Source: Nitrospirota bacterium
Lineage (GTDB): Bacteria; Nitrospirota; Nitrospiria; Nitrospirales; Nitrospiraceae
Length of the DNA stretch: 64,000 nucleotides
Reading direction: 5' to 3'
NCBI GenBank assembly: GCA_963701855.1
Contig: CAVPBK010000006.1
Coordinates: forward strand, 544,001 to 608,000
Shown here one piece after another: positions 1 to 9,960 of the stretch (positions are counted from its first letter, which is position 1; every line of letters begins with the position of its first letter). The translations under genes and the position numbers were made by a program. The notes beneath the pieces are model-generated. The model was given only the letters and a program-made list of their open reading frames with translations, ran no database searches and was not told where the DNA came from.

Positions 1-166
1 CAGGACGCAACCTGATCTGCACCTCATCTTCGAGAGCAACCGTCTGCATGATCGACCAGAGATTATGGAATCCGTCTGGGCGGCGGTTGAGGATACGAAG
101 AATCAGGTTGATTTTGGCGGGAGCGAAGACGGTGATCTCGGAGGGACTCGGCTGCGGATTAATCAC
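1..166 (-). CDS. ispE: 4-diphosphocytidyl-2-C-methyl-D-erythritol kinase, N-terminal part (runs off window)
   Basis: Manual translation from GTG at 166: ...ITVFAPAKINLILRILNRRPDGFHNLWSIMQTVALED, the IspE N-terminal signature. Absent from the ORF track; overlaps the pilR stop. Confidence 0.9.
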   Translation of the reverse strand, partial: MINPQPSPSEITVFAPAKINLILRILNRRPDGFHNLWSIMQTVALEDEVQIRLRP

Positions 167-1541
167 GGCCCCCCTTGATGGCATACTTCTCTAGTCGATA
201 GCGAAAGGATCGCGTGTTGAGCTTGAGAAGCCTGGCGGCCTTTTTCTTCACCCACATGGTCCGTTCAAGGGCCTTCAAGAGCAAATCTTTTTCAATGCCG
301 TCGATCAGCGCTTCCAAATCCAACCCGTCTTCTGGCAAATCGGTGGGCACGCCCTGCTGCTGAGGGGTCACGACTCGATGAAGCCAGCCACGAATATCCT
401 CATCCGAAATAGGCGCACCGACAGAAAACGTCACCACGCGCTCAATCAAGTTCTCAAGTTCGCGTACATTGCCACGCCACTCATGGCCTAGCAACACATG
501 CATCGCCTCTGGTGTCAATACGGGAACAGGCTTGCCGCTTTCCTGTGAAAACTTTTCGAGAAAATGTTTGACGAGAAGTGGGATGTCTCCTGTTCGAAGC
601 CGCAACGGTGGGAGCCGAATCGGAATCACGTCTAAGCGATAGTACAAATCTTCGCGAAACGAGCCGTCGGCCACAGCTTTCTCAAGATCCTTATTGGTCG
701 CGGCCACAATGCGCACATCGACCTTGACATCCTGGTTACCGCCTACACGCCGGAACTCTCGTTCCTGAATGACGCGCAACAGCTTGACTTGAATCGTTGG
801 GGTCGTATCGCCGATTTCATCCAAAAAGATCGTACCTCCGTTGGCGACTTCAAACAACCCCGCCTTATTGGCCATCGCGCCGGTAAAGGATCCCTTCATG
901 TGCCCAAAGAGTTCACTTTCGAGCAACGTTTCCGGCACCGCGCTGCAATTCACCGCCACAAACGGCATCGTGCTCCGGACACTATTATAGTGAATCGCGC
1001 GCGCCACCAACTCTTTTCCCGTTCCACTCTCCCCACAAATCAACACATTGCTCTTGGCATCCGCGACTTTGCGCACTACGTCGAACACCTTTTGCATGCC
1101 CTCGCTTTGGCCGACAATCTGCGCAAACGACGACTGGCTCGCCATCTCGCGCTTTAATAAAATATTTTCCGCCGAGAGACGCCGTTTTTCCAAGGCGTTG
1201 CGAATGATCAACTGGACTTCATCGACCTGGAACGGTTTGGTCAGGTAGTCGTATGCGCCCTGTTTCATCGCATCGACCGCCGAGTCCGCGGTCGCAAACG
1301 CCGTAATGACGAGGACTACGGTTTCAGGAGAAGAAGACTTCACCGCCTTCAGGACTGCCATGCCATCGGCTTTCGGCATGCGGAGGTCGGTGATGACGAG
1401 ATCGAAGATTTCCTTGCTTATATGACCAATGGCTTCTTCGCCATCCGATGCTTCGGTCACGGCGTAACCCGCGCGTTTGAGCATGATGCTCAAGACTTCT
1501 CGCAGCCCCCTCTCATCATCGACAACTAGGATCTTTTCCAC
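159..1541 (-). CDS. pilR: sigma54-dependent response regulator (receiver-AAA+-Fis HTH), PilR-like
   Basis: Receiver domain, GESGTGKE Walker A, GSFTGA loop, C-terminal HTH; next to pilS and pilC. Confidence 0.88.
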   Translation of the reverse strand: MEKILVVDDERGLREVLSIMLKRAGYAVTEASDGEEAIGHISKEIFDLVITDLRMPKADGMAVLKAVKSSSPETVVLVITAFATADSAVDAMKQGAYDYLTKPFQVDEVQLIIRNALEKRRLSAENILLKREMASQSSFAQIVGQSEGMQKVFDVVRKVADAKSNVLICGESGTGKELVARAIHYNSVRSTMPFVAVNCSAVPETLLESELFGHMKGSFTGAMANKAGLFEVANGGTIFLDEIGDTTPTIQVKLLRVIQEREFRRVGGNQDVKVDVRIVAATNKDLEKAVADGSFREDLYYRLDVIPIRLPPLRLRTGDIPLLVKHFLEKFSQESGKPVPVLTPEAMHVLLGHEWRGNVRELENLIERVVTFSVGAPISDEDIRGWLHRVVTPQQQGVPTDLPEDGLDLEALIDGIEKDLLLKALERTMWVKKKAARLLKLNTRSFRYRLEKYAIKGGRD

Positions 1542-3223
1542 GGCGTCCGTCCCTCATGCCACAACCGCACTCCGGCATCCCCTGAGCGCGGCATACATAC
1601 GACAAACCGCGAGCCTTGACGCTCCTGACTTTCGACCTTAATCCACCCCCCGTGCAGATCGACAATGCGATGCACCGCTGCGAGACCTAACCCAGACCCT
1701 TCTTTCTTTGTCGTGAAAAATGGAAGAAATATCTTGTCGAAGTTCTGCTTCGGAATACCTTCCCCAGTGTCTTGAAACGCAATTTCGATGACATCGCCTT
1801 TGCGGCCGCCGGCATCAACGTGGCGGCAATTCGTTGAAATCGTCAACTGTCCTCCCTCCGGCATTGCGTCAAACGCATTCGTCGCCATATTCCACAAGAC
1901 CTGCCTGAGCTGATCTTGATCGACCAGGGCCGTGAGCGCCCCGGTTGCCAGGGACGTGACAATTTTGATCTTGGTACGCGTTCGCGCTTCATGTTGAACG
2001 AGATCGAGCGTCTCAGCAAGTACTTTGTTGAGATCACGTTCTGTGAGATTGAGCGCCGGCGGACGTGCATATTGAAGGAATTCGGTAATAATATTGTCGA
2101 GCCGTGTGGCCTCTCGAATTGCAATGTCCATCAACCGGCGATCGGTTTCGTCTTCCATGGCATCTTTTCGAAGCATTTGCATCGCGCCAGCCAACGCGCC
2201 AAGTGGGTTCCGAATCTCATGGGCCATCCCAGCAGACATCTCACCCAAACTCGCCAGCCAATCCTTGCGCCGCATCTCCTCTTCGAGATCCCGAATTTGT
2301 GTTAGATCTTTGAATACACCAACCAAGCCTGTCCGTTTCCCCTGCTCATGCAATGGGGAAAGTGTCATACCAAGAATCAGACGATTGCCGTCAGCTCGCT
2401 TACATTCCACTTCGAATCGCGTCGTCGTCGACACGGCACCGCCGAGCTGCTCGTCTGATTCCTGGTTAGGGTGCCAGTTGAAGACTTCGCGCCATGGACG
2501 TCCGACCACGTGAGCGATCGTATACCCGGTTGCTTCCTGTGCCGCCGGGTTGAACGACGTGATACCCCCCAAGGCATCTGCCGTAAATACGCCGCTGCTG
2601 ATGCTGTGGATGATATTCTCATGGAAAGCTTGAAGGCGAGTCAGTCCCCGTTCCTTCTCGCGCAACGTCTGATCAGCCTGTTGAAGCTGTTCAGCTAAGG
2701 TTCCGCCCAGGATCCCAACGACAAGAAGGGCGAGGGCATAGACGCCGAACGTTTGGAATGTTTCAGGCACGGTCAGCCGACTCGGCGGCAGCCACCCCCA
2801 CTCCTCAATCAGACTATGTAATTGAATGTTCGTTAAGAGCCCGAACATAATAATGGAGAAACAGGCGGTAAGAAGCCCCACTCGCCGACGGGGAACAAGA
2901 CTGGCCATCGCCACCGTCATAACATACAGCACCGCGAATGGGCTCTCGATCCCTCCTGTTCTGGCAACCAACACCGTTTCAAGAAGAAAGTCGATCCCTA
3001 CCTGCACCCAAAAAAATATCGTGAGCGCCATCGGTGAGGTGAACACGCGGAGTAGAAGGACGGAGGGGATCGTCAGGATATAGGTGACAATAATCAGAGC
3101 GTAGAATGTTTCGACCCACCCGCCCTTCGCAGCCTGAAATGTGAGAGACAGGCCGAGTATCAGGGTCACGAGGGCCATCCGAAGCCCCATAATCCAATAC
3201 AGCCTTGAGCGCATATCATTCAT
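1526..3223 (-). CDS. pilS: Membrane sensor histidine kinase, PilS-like
   Basis: Multiple N-terminal TM helices, PAS-like region, AHEIRNPL H-box, G1/F/G2 boxes. Confidence 0.85.
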   Translation of the reverse strand: MNDMRSRLYWIMGLRMALVTLILGLSLTFQAAKGGWVETFYALIIVTYILTIPSVLLLRVFTSPMALTIFFWVQVGIDFLLETVLVARTGGIESPFAVLYVMTVAMASLVPRRRVGLLTACFSIIMFGLLTNIQLHSLIEEWGWLPPSRLTVPETFQTFGVYALALLVVGILGGTLAEQLQQADQTLREKERGLTRLQAFHENIIHSISSGVFTADALGGITSFNPAAQEATGYTIAHVVGRPWREVFNWHPNQESDEQLGGAVSTTTRFEVECKRADGNRLILGMTLSPLHEQGKRTGLVGVFKDLTQIRDLEEEMRRKDWLASLGEMSAGMAHEIRNPLGALAGAMQMLRKDAMEDETDRRLMDIAIREATRLDNIITEFLQYARPPALNLTERDLNKVLAETLDLVQHEARTRTKIKIVTSLATGALTALVDQDQLRQVLWNMATNAFDAMPEGGQLTISTNCRHVDAGGRKGDVIEIAFQDTGEGIPKQNFDKIFLPFFTTKKEGSGLGLAAVHRIVDLHGGWIKVESQERQGSRFVVCMPRSGDAGVRLWHEGRTPWKRS

Positions 3224-3423
3224 GATCGGAAAACCGCTGGACGAGAAGGAGATCGGCGGAGCATGAAAAAAGATATTCCTTGTTCATTCTCCTCGAATTT
3301 GAGGCCTGAAACCGTGCTATCGAACACCTGACCGAGCGCCAAGTGGTTTGGCCAGAAAGGGGACTTAGAGCTTTCAGGCTGGAAAATAGGCCAGCCCTGT
3401 GAGAGGGGCCTGAACACCGTCTG

Positions 3424-4641
3424 CTATCCGATCGCAGACGCCATTTTGAAGATCGGGAGATACATCGCAATCACGATAAACCCAATCACAATCCCCAGAA
3501 ACACCATCATCATCGGCTCAAGCAGAGCCGTCAACGAGGCAACTGCCTGATCAACTTCGTCTTCGTAAAAGTCTGCAATTTTCCCTAACATCGCGTCCAA
3601 CGCGCCAGTTGACTCACCGACGGCGATCATGTGCGTCACCATCTTTGGAAAAACCCCGCTAGCTGCCAAGGGATCGGCGATCGTCTTTCCGCCACTGATA
3701 CTGAGGCGAGCATTGATCAACGTTTCTTCAATAACCTTATTGCCCGAAGTTTTTGCACAGATGGTCATTCCATCGAGTAATGGAACTCCGCTGGAAAGCA
3801 ATGTCCCGAGTGTACGCGTAAACTTGGCAACCGAAGCTTTTCTGATTAAGTCCCCAACCACTGGTAACCTGAGAAGCAACTTATCAATAACCATCCGTCC
3901 TTGAACGGTCCCGCGGTATTTTTTAATACCAAAAATGGCTCCCACAATACCCCCGAGAATGACATACCAGTACGCGATAAAGAAGTTACTGGTGTCGATG
4001 ACTATTTGTGTGGGGCCTGGCAACGCAACTTTCCCGCCTGAAAGTTCAAGAAACATCTTTGCAAAGATTGGAATGACAAACAGCATGAGAATAGTGATCA
4101 CAGCAACGGCAACTCCCATGATCGTGGCAGGATAGACCATGGCGGACTTGATCTGTCCTTTGAGTTTCATTGCTTTTTCAATGTATTTGGCGAGACGCGT
4201 CAAGATCGTATCGAGCAAGCCACCCACCTCACCCGCATGCACCAGATTGGTGTATAGATCGTCGAAGACTTTTGGGTGGCGACGTAAGGCATCCGAAAAG
4301 GTCGATCCTGCCTCCACCTGAATCTTCACTTCCCCGATGGTTTCCCGCAGCACCTTATTCTCAGACTGGGTTGAGAGGATTTCGAGACACTGCACTAAGG
4401 GCAAACCCGCATTAATCATCGTGCCGAATTGGCGTGTAAAGACAACCAAGTCTTTATCGGTAAGACCAGACCCCAAACTAATCTTGAATCCGCCTGCACC
4501 ACTTTTCTTTTCTTCAAGGCTCGTAACGACGACGCTTTGCTTGCGGAGTTGATCCACCGCCTCATCTCGGGTTTTTGCGCTCAGCTCGCCCTTCTTGACG
4601 GCACCTGATCTGGTTCTCCCAACATACGCAAAGGTAGCCAT
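3424..4641 (-). CDS. pilC: Type IV pilus platform protein (GspF family)
   Basis: MATFAYVGR start, FTRQFGTMINAGLPL, GEVGG and GESTG repeats. Confidence 0.93.
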   Translation of the reverse strand: MATFAYVGRTRSGAVKKGELSAKTRDEAVDQLRKQSVVVTSLEEKKSGAGGFKISLGSGLTDKDLVVFTRQFGTMINAGLPLVQCLEILSTQSENKVLRETIGEVKIQVEAGSTFSDALRRHPKVFDDLYTNLVHAGEVGGLLDTILTRLAKYIEKAMKLKGQIKSAMVYPATIMGVAVAVITILMLFVIPIFAKMFLELSGGKVALPGPTQIVIDTSNFFIAYWYVILGGIVGAIFGIKKYRGTVQGRMVIDKLLLRLPVVGDLIRKASVAKFTRTLGTLLSSGVPLLDGMTICAKTSGNKVIEETLINARLSISGGKTIADPLAASGVFPKMVTHMIAVGESTGALDAMLGKIADFYEDEVDQAVASLTALLEPMMMVFLGIVIGFIVIAMYLPIFKMASAIG

Positions 4642-4712
4642 ACGCAACACTCACCCTTCGATGTGGCCATTGCCCTGGCCGGTTGTAGACTGAGGGGAAT
4701 ACCTACCAGGCG

Positions 4713-4741
4713 AGTCTACTGGCCACCCCAAAACCTGTCAA
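4713..4741 (-). promoter_or_regulatory. sigma70-type promoter for pilC-pilS-pilR-ispE
   Basis: TTGACA-17 bp-TAGACT on the minus strand. Confidence 0.6.
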
Positions 4742-4799
4742 ACAAATGCAGAATCTCTGCGCAGGCGACGAGGCACTCAGGCTCAAGCAATATAGGGCC

Positions 4800-5336
4800 T
4801 TAGCTGCTGATCGCATTCGTGCACCGAAAACCTCGGTAGAGATAATGCAACCCGGACAGTATCGTGAAGGAGATCATGCCAAACAAAAGAGGTAGTATGA
4901 GGGTAAGATCGATGTGACGGGAGCTTAGGAGTATGACCATTACGACATAGGCCAGCTGGAGAAACGTGGTGCCCTTGCCCAAGAAAGTTGGGGTAAGATC
5001 AACGCGAGATTCTGTGAAGTGCGCGACAGCCGTTCCCAGCAGCAGTATCACGTCCCGGCTGACCACGAGGATGGTGACCCACAACGGAACCAAATGAATT
5101 ATCGAGAGCGTGATGAACCCGGAGGTGAGAAGCAACTTATCGGCTAGAGGGTCCAACACGGCCCCAAGCCGGGTATGCTGATTCGTCACACGGGCGATCA
5201 GCCCATCAAGCGCATCAGTGAGTCCTGCCACAAGAAGAACGATGAGCGCTTGACCAAATCTGCCGTAGACGAGTAACCCAATGTAGCAGGGAATCAGGAT
5301 AATACGAAGGATGGTCAAGCTGTTGGGGATATTCAT
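4800..5336 (-). CDS. CDP-alcohol phosphatidyltransferase (PgsA/cardiolipin synthase-like)
   Basis: MNIPNSLTILR start; DALDGLIAR...GAVLDPLADK motif. Confidence 0.88.
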   Translation of the reverse strand: MNIPNSLTILRIILIPCYIGLLVYGRFGQALIVLLVAGLTDALDGLIARVTNQHTRLGAVLDPLADKLLLTSGFITLSIIHLVPLWVTILVVSRDVILLLGTAVAHFTESRVDLTPTFLGKGTTFLQLAYVVMVILLSSRHIDLTLILPLLFGMISFTILSGLHYLYRGFRCTNAISS

Positions 5337-5375
5337 AATCTTCCAAAGCACAGCGGCTTACGGCAGCGGGGGGAG

Positions 5376-5450
5376 ATGATAGGAGGGCGTTACACTGTTG
5401 TCAACGGCTTGCAGTCACGGCTTGCAGTCAACGCGGCCTCGCCCTATAAT
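5376..5450. promoter_or_regulatory. Back-to-back sigma70-type promoters
   Basis: Minus strand: TTGACA(5404-5399)-17-TATCAT. Plus strand: TTGCAG(5422-5427)-17-TATAAT. A 13-bp tandem repeat ACGGCTTGCAGTC lies between them. Confidence 0.55.
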
Positions 5451-5495
5451 AATTGTGGCGCTGAACTATTTCATTTGTATGTCATGGAGATCGTG

Positions 5496-5813
5496 ATGAG
5501 TTCGCTTCCGCTGCTTTTCAAAAAAGAAGGACTGGTTGAAAAGCACCAGGTTGAAGGAGTCGACCCGAGTGATCGGTATTTCAATCGCATGATCCTCGTC
5601 AATCGAACCACCTCTGGCTACGCAGCTAAGGTCATGTATGAAGCCCTGATGGTCGAAGGGCACTCGCATCCAACCATAGCTGCCGCGGTACAAGAACTCA
5701 TCGAAGCGATGCAAAAATTCGGCTTCAGCAGAATAAGAACTCGCGCCAATTTCAAAGGCACCAAGTATCTCGCCGAAAAAGAGACCTGGGTCGATTACCA
5801 GGATTTCGCATAG
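5496..5813 (+). CDS. Hypothetical protein
   Basis: ORF with GGAG RBS before ATG 5496 and a promoter upstream; no family recognised. Confidence 0.7.
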   Translation: MSSLPLLFKKEGLVEKHQVEGVDPSDRYFNRMILVNRTTSGYAAKVMYEALMVEGHSHPTIAAAVQELIEAMQKFGFSRIRTRANFKGTKYLAEKETWVDYQDFA

Positions 5814-5822
5814 CCCTGCCCC

Positions 5823-6959
5823 TTACACAGACACAAACTCCCGGTAGACTAGGTCATGAATATAAGGGCGGAAGGCCTTAATTTTCTCATTCCTTCGGCT
5901 CGGATGTACCCGGTTTGATAGCAGCACCACCTCCAATTCGCACAGCGGATCAATCCACACCGACGTACCTGTGTAGCCAAGATGCCCGAACGACCGCTCG
6001 GAAAAACTGGACCCCGATGAGGACGGCGCAGACGGAGTGTCCCATCCCAATGCCCAACTCAGTCGAGCGACAGATTCTTGGCGGGTCGTAAACTGCCTGA
6101 CAAGCTCCCCCTCCAAAATCGACTCTCTTCCATGATAGCCGCAGAGCCAGGCTCCGGAAACCGCCAGTACAGATTCAGCAGTCCCGAATAGCCCTGCATG
6201 ACCCGCGACACCACCCATCGCTGCGGCATTCTCATCGTGCACCTCCCCACGTAACAGTCGATTTCGCCACTCGTCCTGTTCGGTCGGGGCTATTAGTGAA
6301 GCATCTATCGTAGAGCGTGCAACATCTAATTGCGTTCGCCCTACCGTGGGGCTAAACATCATGGGGTTAGCCCGTAGCGGTCGGACAATTGCCTCTTCGC
6401 ACCAAAGATCCATCGGCATTCCACTAAGACGCTCAACCAGAAACCCTAGCAACATGAATCCAAGGTCGCTATAGACGCTTCGCTCGCCCCGCACATAAAT
6501 TAATGGTTCGTCACGAACCATCTTCAGTACATGTTGCTTAACAGGCTGATTCCCGCCAGAGAGCTCAGGAACAACACCTCCGGCGTCAAGCCGCTCGTAA
6601 AATGGTCGCCATCCGGGCAAGCCCGAGCGATGGGCCAAGAGGTCTCTCACCGTTGCCTGACCGATCGGCGTCCCTTCAAGTTCGGCTAATACCTCTTGCA
6701 CCGGATCCTCAAGAGCCACCTTGGCGCGTTGAGCCAGAAGTAAGACTGATGTGCCCGTCGCCAGCGGCTTCGTGAGAGAGGCAAGGTCATAAATAGTGGT
6801 GGGTTGTACGGGAGGGCCTGGAGGCTCTGACGACAATCGCCCAGCTACAATCATGCATTGCAGCTCTCCACGCAGACGCACCGCCAACTGAGCACCGGGA
6901 AAGACACCCTCGTCGACGGCCGATTGCAGTGCCGCCTGAATGACGTGATGGGTAGCCAT
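5823..6959 (-). CDS. Serine hydrolase, class C beta-lactamase/AmiE-like
   Basis: SxxK (ASLTK), LLAHRSG, YSD, GHLGYTGTS motifs. Confidence 0.88.
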   Translation of the reverse strand: MATHHVIQAALQSAVDEGVFPGAQLAVRLRGELQCMIVAGRLSSEPPGPPVQPTTIYDLASLTKPLATGTSVLLLAQRAKVALEDPVQEVLAELEGTPIGQATVRDLLAHRSGLPGWRPFYERLDAGGVVPELSGGNQPVKQHVLKMVRDEPLIYVRGERSVYSDLGFMLLGFLVERLSGMPMDLWCEEAIVRPLRANPMMFSPTVGRTQLDVARSTIDASLIAPTEQDEWRNRLLRGEVHDENAAAMGGVAGHAGLFGTAESVLAVSGAWLCGYHGRESILEGELVRQFTTRQESVARLSWALGWDTPSAPSSSGSSFSERSFGHLGYTGTSVWIDPLCELEVVLLSNRVHPSRRNEKIKAFRPYIHDLVYREFVSV

Positions 6960-7058
6960 AGGCGAAACACCTGTCATGCGTGGGGAAGTCTGCTGGTGGG
7001 CGCCGCGAAGCAAACCAGGAACCACATCAATGAACGAGGACCGACCAAGTCAAACACG

Positions 7059-7571
7059 TCACAACGCCGGGCTCGATTCTCCTTCGAGCTTCTCCGCAGA
7101 TGCGGTCGCGGAGTCATGGAACGCTTCCTGTTCTTCCACTTCCAACATACGCTCGAACATCCGCAATGACGCGCGCAACCGTTCAACCATGAGCAGTCGC
7201 TGTTTCTGAAGCGCCGAAAGGTCGCGCTGCGTATCGGTCAGCTCGACCCGAGCCTGACGGATCAACTCGCCGGCCTTCAGTTCAGCCTCCTTTATGACAA
7301 GATCCGCCTCCCGTTGAGCATTCCGCTTCACATCCTCTGCCAGCGATTGAGCAGACAGAAGAGTACTCGACAATGTCGCTTCCGTCCGCTTCAGCTCAGC
7401 AAGCTGTTGTTCTAGAAATATAATTTTTTCTTGCTGAATCGCATGGTCTCGATTCAACGACTCGACGGTCTGAGCCAGTTCTTCAAGGAAGCGATTGACC
7501 TCTTCCTTATCGTATCCTCGAAAGTTGACCTTAAACACCATTTGCTGGATATCGAGTGGTGTAATTCTCAT
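7059..7571 (-). CDS. divIVA: DivIVA-domain protein
   Basis: MRITPLDIQQMVFKVNFRGYDKEEV followed by coiled coil. Confidence 0.9.
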   Translation of the reverse strand: MRITPLDIQQMVFKVNFRGYDKEEVNRFLEELAQTVESLNRDHAIQQEKIIFLEQQLAELKRTEATLSSTLLSAQSLAEDVKRNAQREADLVIKEAELKAGELIRQARVELTDTQRDLSALQKQRLLMVERLRASLRMFERMLEVEEQEAFHDSATASAEKLEGESSPAL

Positions 7572-7590
7572 GGCATCCCCCATGGTCATC

Positions 7591-7887
7591 TCAGTTCATC
7601 CTCATGGCCAATTCCTTGAGTGACTGCACAACTGCCTTTTGCAGAAAGATAATGATCAGGATCACGACGATGGGCGACACATCCATCCCTATCCGCACCC
7701 CGATCATCCGTCGAATCGGAGAGAGGACAGGTTCGGTCGCACGATTGAGAAATTGGACGATTGGGTTCCATGGATCCGGGTTGACCCACGAGATTAGAGC
7801 ACGAGCAATGATCACCCACATATAGAGCTCTAGCACATAGTCAAGAATGGTCGCCACCGCGGAAAGAACATTCCCCGCGACAAACAT
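7591..7887 (-). CDS. yggT: YggT/YlmG membrane protein
   Basis: ALISWVNPDPWNPIV...TEPVLSPIRR...DVSPI. Confidence 0.92.
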   Translation of the reverse strand: MFVAGNVLSAVATILDYVLELYMWVIIARALISWVNPDPWNPIVQFLNRATEPVLSPIRRMIGVRIGMDVSPIVVILIIIFLQKAVVQSLKELAMRMN

Positions 7888-8720
7888 CAGCTTCCCAACT
7901 CTTTCGATCGCGTGGTCGCCGCTTCGACCGCCGCCATTAATGTAGCACGAAATCCTCCCTGTTCGAGCCGATGAAGCCCGGCGATGGTGGTACCTCCAGG
8001 AGACGCCACCCGATCTTTCAGTTGAGCGGGGTGTACACCTGATTCGAGCACCAAGCGAGCCGCGCCAAGCACCGTCTGGGCGGCAAGGAGTTCGGCGGTC
8101 TGCCTCGGCAAACCCATCATCACCCCCCCATCCGCCAACGCTTCAATGGCCTGAAATACATAGGCCGGCCCACTGCCACTCAGTCCGGTCACCGCATCCA
8201 TCAATCGTTCCTCAACCAGCACCACTCGACCGACTGCTTCGAATACCGTACGAGCCATGCGACTATCATCTTCGGACACCGCACTGCCCAAGGCCAAAGC
8301 GGTCATACCCTCTCGGACCAATGCCGGAACATTTGGCATCGCACGAATGACCCGCGTCGTCCCGGCAAGCTGTTCCACGATTGTCCGAATCTGCACCCCC
8401 GCGGCAATAGAAATCACAAGGGCATGGACCATGATCGGGCCAAGCTCACGAAGCACAACGGGAAGCGTCTGGGGCTTCACCGCCAAGACAACCACATCAG
8501 CCCAAGCAACCGCTTCACGATTGGCAGAACCAACCAGAATGCCGAACTGACCTTTTAAGCGATCACGGCGCTCAGAAACAGGATCTGTCGCCCATATCGA
8601 CTCCGCAGAACAGACCTGCCCTGAGAGGAGACCACCGATCATGGCCTCGGCCATCTGGCCACCTCCGATGAACGCGATCTTGCTCGTGATCGTTGGATTA
8701 GGCACGCCGCACTTCTCCAC
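7887..8720 (-). CDS. proC: Pyrroline-5-carboxylate reductase
   Basis: IGGGQMA, LAVKPQ, RAMPN, SGSGPAY, SPGGTT motifs. Confidence 0.95.
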   Translation of the reverse strand: MEKCGVPNPTITSKIAFIGGGQMAEAMIGGLLSGQVCSAESIWATDPVSERRDRLKGQFGILVGSANREAVAWADVVVLAVKPQTLPVVLRELGPIMVHALVISIAAGVQIRTIVEQLAGTTRVIRAMPNVPALVREGMTALALGSAVSEDDSRMARTVFEAVGRVVLVEERLMDAVTGLSGSGPAYVFQAIEALADGGVMMGLPRQTAELLAAQTVLGAARLVLESGVHPAQLKDRVASPGGTTIAGLHRLEQGGFRATLMAAVEAATTRSKELGS

Positions 8721-8879
8721 CGGATCTCCTTGAAAACGAATCGAATGTTCTCACCAATCGAACCTCCAGCCTGCAGATCCATCGCATCTAATCAGCCATA
8801 GCTGAAGCGCCGTCTCTCGAAAACTTGGAATTATTGTACCGAAACCGCCTGGCAAATGTCAGCGCGCGGACCCAGACCA

Positions 8880-9178
8880 GGAGTCTGCGGAAAAACTATT
8901 GTGGCACGGTGAACCTTCCATGGCCCGCACGTCAAGGACAACAGGAGATCACCTCGCAGGATGCTCAAAAGGCCAGACTTCTCACTCTCCCAACCCTGGC
9001 CACTTCACCCGCCCGCCCTGAGTCTGCCAAGACAGCCTCTTAGCCCAGAGACGCGCCTTATCCCAAACAAGGCCACAGCTCTGCGATTGACCCTCGTCTA
9101 CGTTTCACGCCTCACGTTTCACGGTTCCTGGGAATGAAGCGAGAACGCCGCTGGCGGATTTTTCCAGCATCCTGCTAG
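8880..9178. repeat. Intergenic repeat family A (GCAGGATGCT(C/G)AAAA...TTTT(T/C)CAGCATCCTGC ends) plus an upstream fragment of the 53220/58571 subfamily
   Basis: Terminal inverted repeats at 8956 and 9175; 8880-8935 resembles 58571-58625. Confidence 0.75.
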
Positions 9179-9181
9179 CTC

Positions 9182-9922
9182 CTATCGGTGAGAGAGCAGA
9201 GTGATCCCGCTGACCATCGTCCCGTTCACCCGGCCTTCTCGTCGATAGGAATAGAAGAGTTGATCGTGACAGATCGTACATAAATTGACCGAGGAAATAG
9301 AGAGTGCGGACACACCCTCTCCTTCCACTTGCCGACGGATCAAGGCCTTGAGGTCCAGCCGAGCCTTATGTCCTCGATAGTCATGCACAACCGACTCCCA
9401 ATCAGACAGCCCCATTCGGAGCTGACTGAGCACCGGATCATCCACTTCATAGCAGCAGGGACCAGCCGAGGGTCCAATACTGACTCGCAGATCCGACCTT
9501 GTCGATCCAAATCTGTCTGCCATCAGCGCAAAGGTCTTCGAAACAATCCCGGCCACAGCGCCCCGCCAACCGGCATGAATCGACGCGACAACACGCTGGC
9601 GCGGGTCATGCACGAGCACGGGAACACAATCCGCCGTGCGCACCGCCACCGTCACGCCAGGTTGATCAGTCACCAGGGCATCCCACCCGCCGGGAAACTG
9701 ATCTGATGTAGTGAGGGGACGATCCAGCACCAAGGCATTGGTCCCATGCACTTGCTTGACGGACAGCAACCAACCGCGCCCCTGCGCCCCGGACTGACGA
9801 GCGGGCACTCCTACATCGAGTGCCAGCGAGTCTGCATGACTGCGCGTCCCAAAGAAATGTCGAACGCCGTCGCGTGCGGACGCAAAGGCAGGAACCGTGA
9901 TGACCGCTGCACTCATAGGCAT
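9182..9922 (-). CDS. pgeF: Peptidoglycan editing factor / purine nucleoside phosphorylase PgeF (YfiH/YlmD)
   Basis: QVHG, TADCVPVL, HAGWRG, CYEV, YSYRR motifs. Confidence 0.93.
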   Translation of the reverse strand: MPMSAAVITVPAFASARDGVRHFFGTRSHADSLALDVGVPARQSGAQGRGWLLSVKQVHGTNALVLDRPLTTSDQFPGGWDALVTDQPGVTVAVRTADCVPVLVHDPRQRVVASIHAGWRGAVAGIVSKTFALMADRFGSTRSDLRVSIGPSAGPCCYEVDDPVLSQLRMGLSDWESVVHDYRGHKARLDLKALIRRQVEGEGVSALSISSVNLCTICHDQLFYSYRREGRVNGTMVSGITLLSHR

Positions 9923-9960
9923 ACTCCGCTGAGGCTACTCATCCCTACAGACCTGTCGGC

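Noticed and set aside
8825..9043. Small ORFs in repeats (also 34011, 37322, 39097, 39231, 45075, 45333)
   Set aside because: Translations of family A and C repeats.
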